A stretch of 64,000 nt of DNA from Octopus bimaculoides (lineage: Eukaryota): positions 41,745,386-41,809,385 of the forward strand of contig NC_068986.1 in assembly GCF_001194135.2 (NCBI RefSeq). Reading direction: 5' to 3'. The translations under genes were made by a program, and so were the position numbers. A model generated the notes under the pieces. It had not been told where the DNA came from and made no database searches. It saw only the letters and a program-made list of their open reading frames with translations. Positions 62,713 through 64,000 of the stretch are shown one piece after another (position 1 is the stretch's first letter; every line of letters starts with the position of its first letter).

Positions 62713-64000
62713 CCTTGGGCCCTCTATTCCTTGATGGAATTGAAGAGGTGCCATAGTGAGATGCAGTGTGTCTTGGGCATTTTAAACATCTAGTGGAGTT
62801 CATCCCTCTCCAGGTCTGGCTACAACCATTGCTTTTTCCAGAATAGAGAAAAGCAGGCAGAAAGAAAGAGTGGCGGGATGAGAAATATCAACCCTAATAG
62901 AGGACTGATATGTTATCAATGTGTGAGGAAGACCAAAGGCAAAGTTGGCCTCAGAGAGCCACAAGGATTATATAAAGCAATCATATAACACTAGCAACCC
63001 AACCAATTGGACAGCTTACATACATGCACACTTTAATGTGTGTGCATGAGTGTTTGTGTATATATACATATATATGTCACAAATGACAGAAATAGTTTGA
63101 TGGAATTTTATTTAACAATAAGAAAATTCTAATATCATGGCAAATTGTTTTATAACTTAAGAACATGTAAATAATTTATATTATTATATTTAATAATAAA
63201 TGAATTACATGTTTGCATTAATGCAAAAACTTCCTCAAAATATAGCAGAATTTAAGCTATGTCCTCAGGTGAAAGAAATTCTTTATAGAATGATACATTA
63301 AGGAGTTTTTTTTTTTTAAATGAGTACTACCAGATTACTTGAATCCATATATTGTGACTTAAATACATATATACTTGTATATATAAAGTAACCAAAAGAA
63401 TGGAGGTACAGGTATCACATGTATTTCTTAGTTACAACTGTTTCAACTACATATGGGTTAAATAGATCATTTAACAAGTTGTAAAACATGAATATAAACA
63501 ATGATGATGTAAACTATTGCATAATAATTTCAATGACTTCAATTATACAAGAACAACTTAAATGACTGGATGAATTTGCCAACATATAAATATGGTAGGA
63601 GGTATTCATGTTCTTGAAGATCCCCTTCTATTTGATATATATGAGGCACATGGCTCAGTGGTTAGTGTCAGACTCACAATCATGTGGAAGTGAGTTCAAT
63701 TTCTGGACCAGGCTGTGTGTTATTTTCTTGAGTAAGACACTATATTTCATGTTGTTCCAGTTCACTCAGCTGAAGAAATGAGTTGTGACGTCACAAGTGC
63801 CAAGCTGTATCAGCCTTTGCCTCTCCCTTGGATTTTGTAAATGTGAAATAAGAGGTGCCTTACTTGAAAGGCAGTTAAAGATTAGAGACAGGATAAACAT
63901 CTGTTTCTAAAGTAGTGCCTCAATAATATATCCATCTGACACATACTAGTATGGAAAAACAGATGTAGAAACAAATGAACAAAATGCAAGGAGACATACT

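Overview
Eukaryotic, very AT-rich, repeat-dense draft-assembly DNA with 8 N-gaps. The SINE families, RTE-type tails and microsatellite load point to a coleoid cephalopod, probably Octopus (inference). There is one convincing protein-coding region: a large + strand exon (45974-47425, ending at ATG|GTAAGT) encoding two PH domains separated by a Ser-rich linker, loosely resembling AFAP1/XB130 adaptors. The rest is mostly intronic or intergenic. It holds dozens of tRNA-derived SINEs of about 4 families, decayed RTE and CR1/L2 LINE ends, an ORF1-only Tx1/L1-like remnant, a Helitron helicase remnant, mariner/hAT/piggyBac/CMC-like MITEs and several long fold-back hairpins. The highlights are: (1) a tRNA-headed (Pol III) SINE carrying a Penelope-type hammerhead ribozyme core, in a head-to-head inverted arrangement, plus further hammerhead-like motifs at 16.7 and 25.7 kb; (2) a sharp CpG-decay boundary near 41.5 kb that can be read from SINE copies and suggests a gene-body methylation domain; (3) an NRF1/ETS promoter-like island at 32.0-32.1 kb; and (4) a tentative chain of minus-strand exons. 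No true tRNA, rRNA or CRISPR array is supported.
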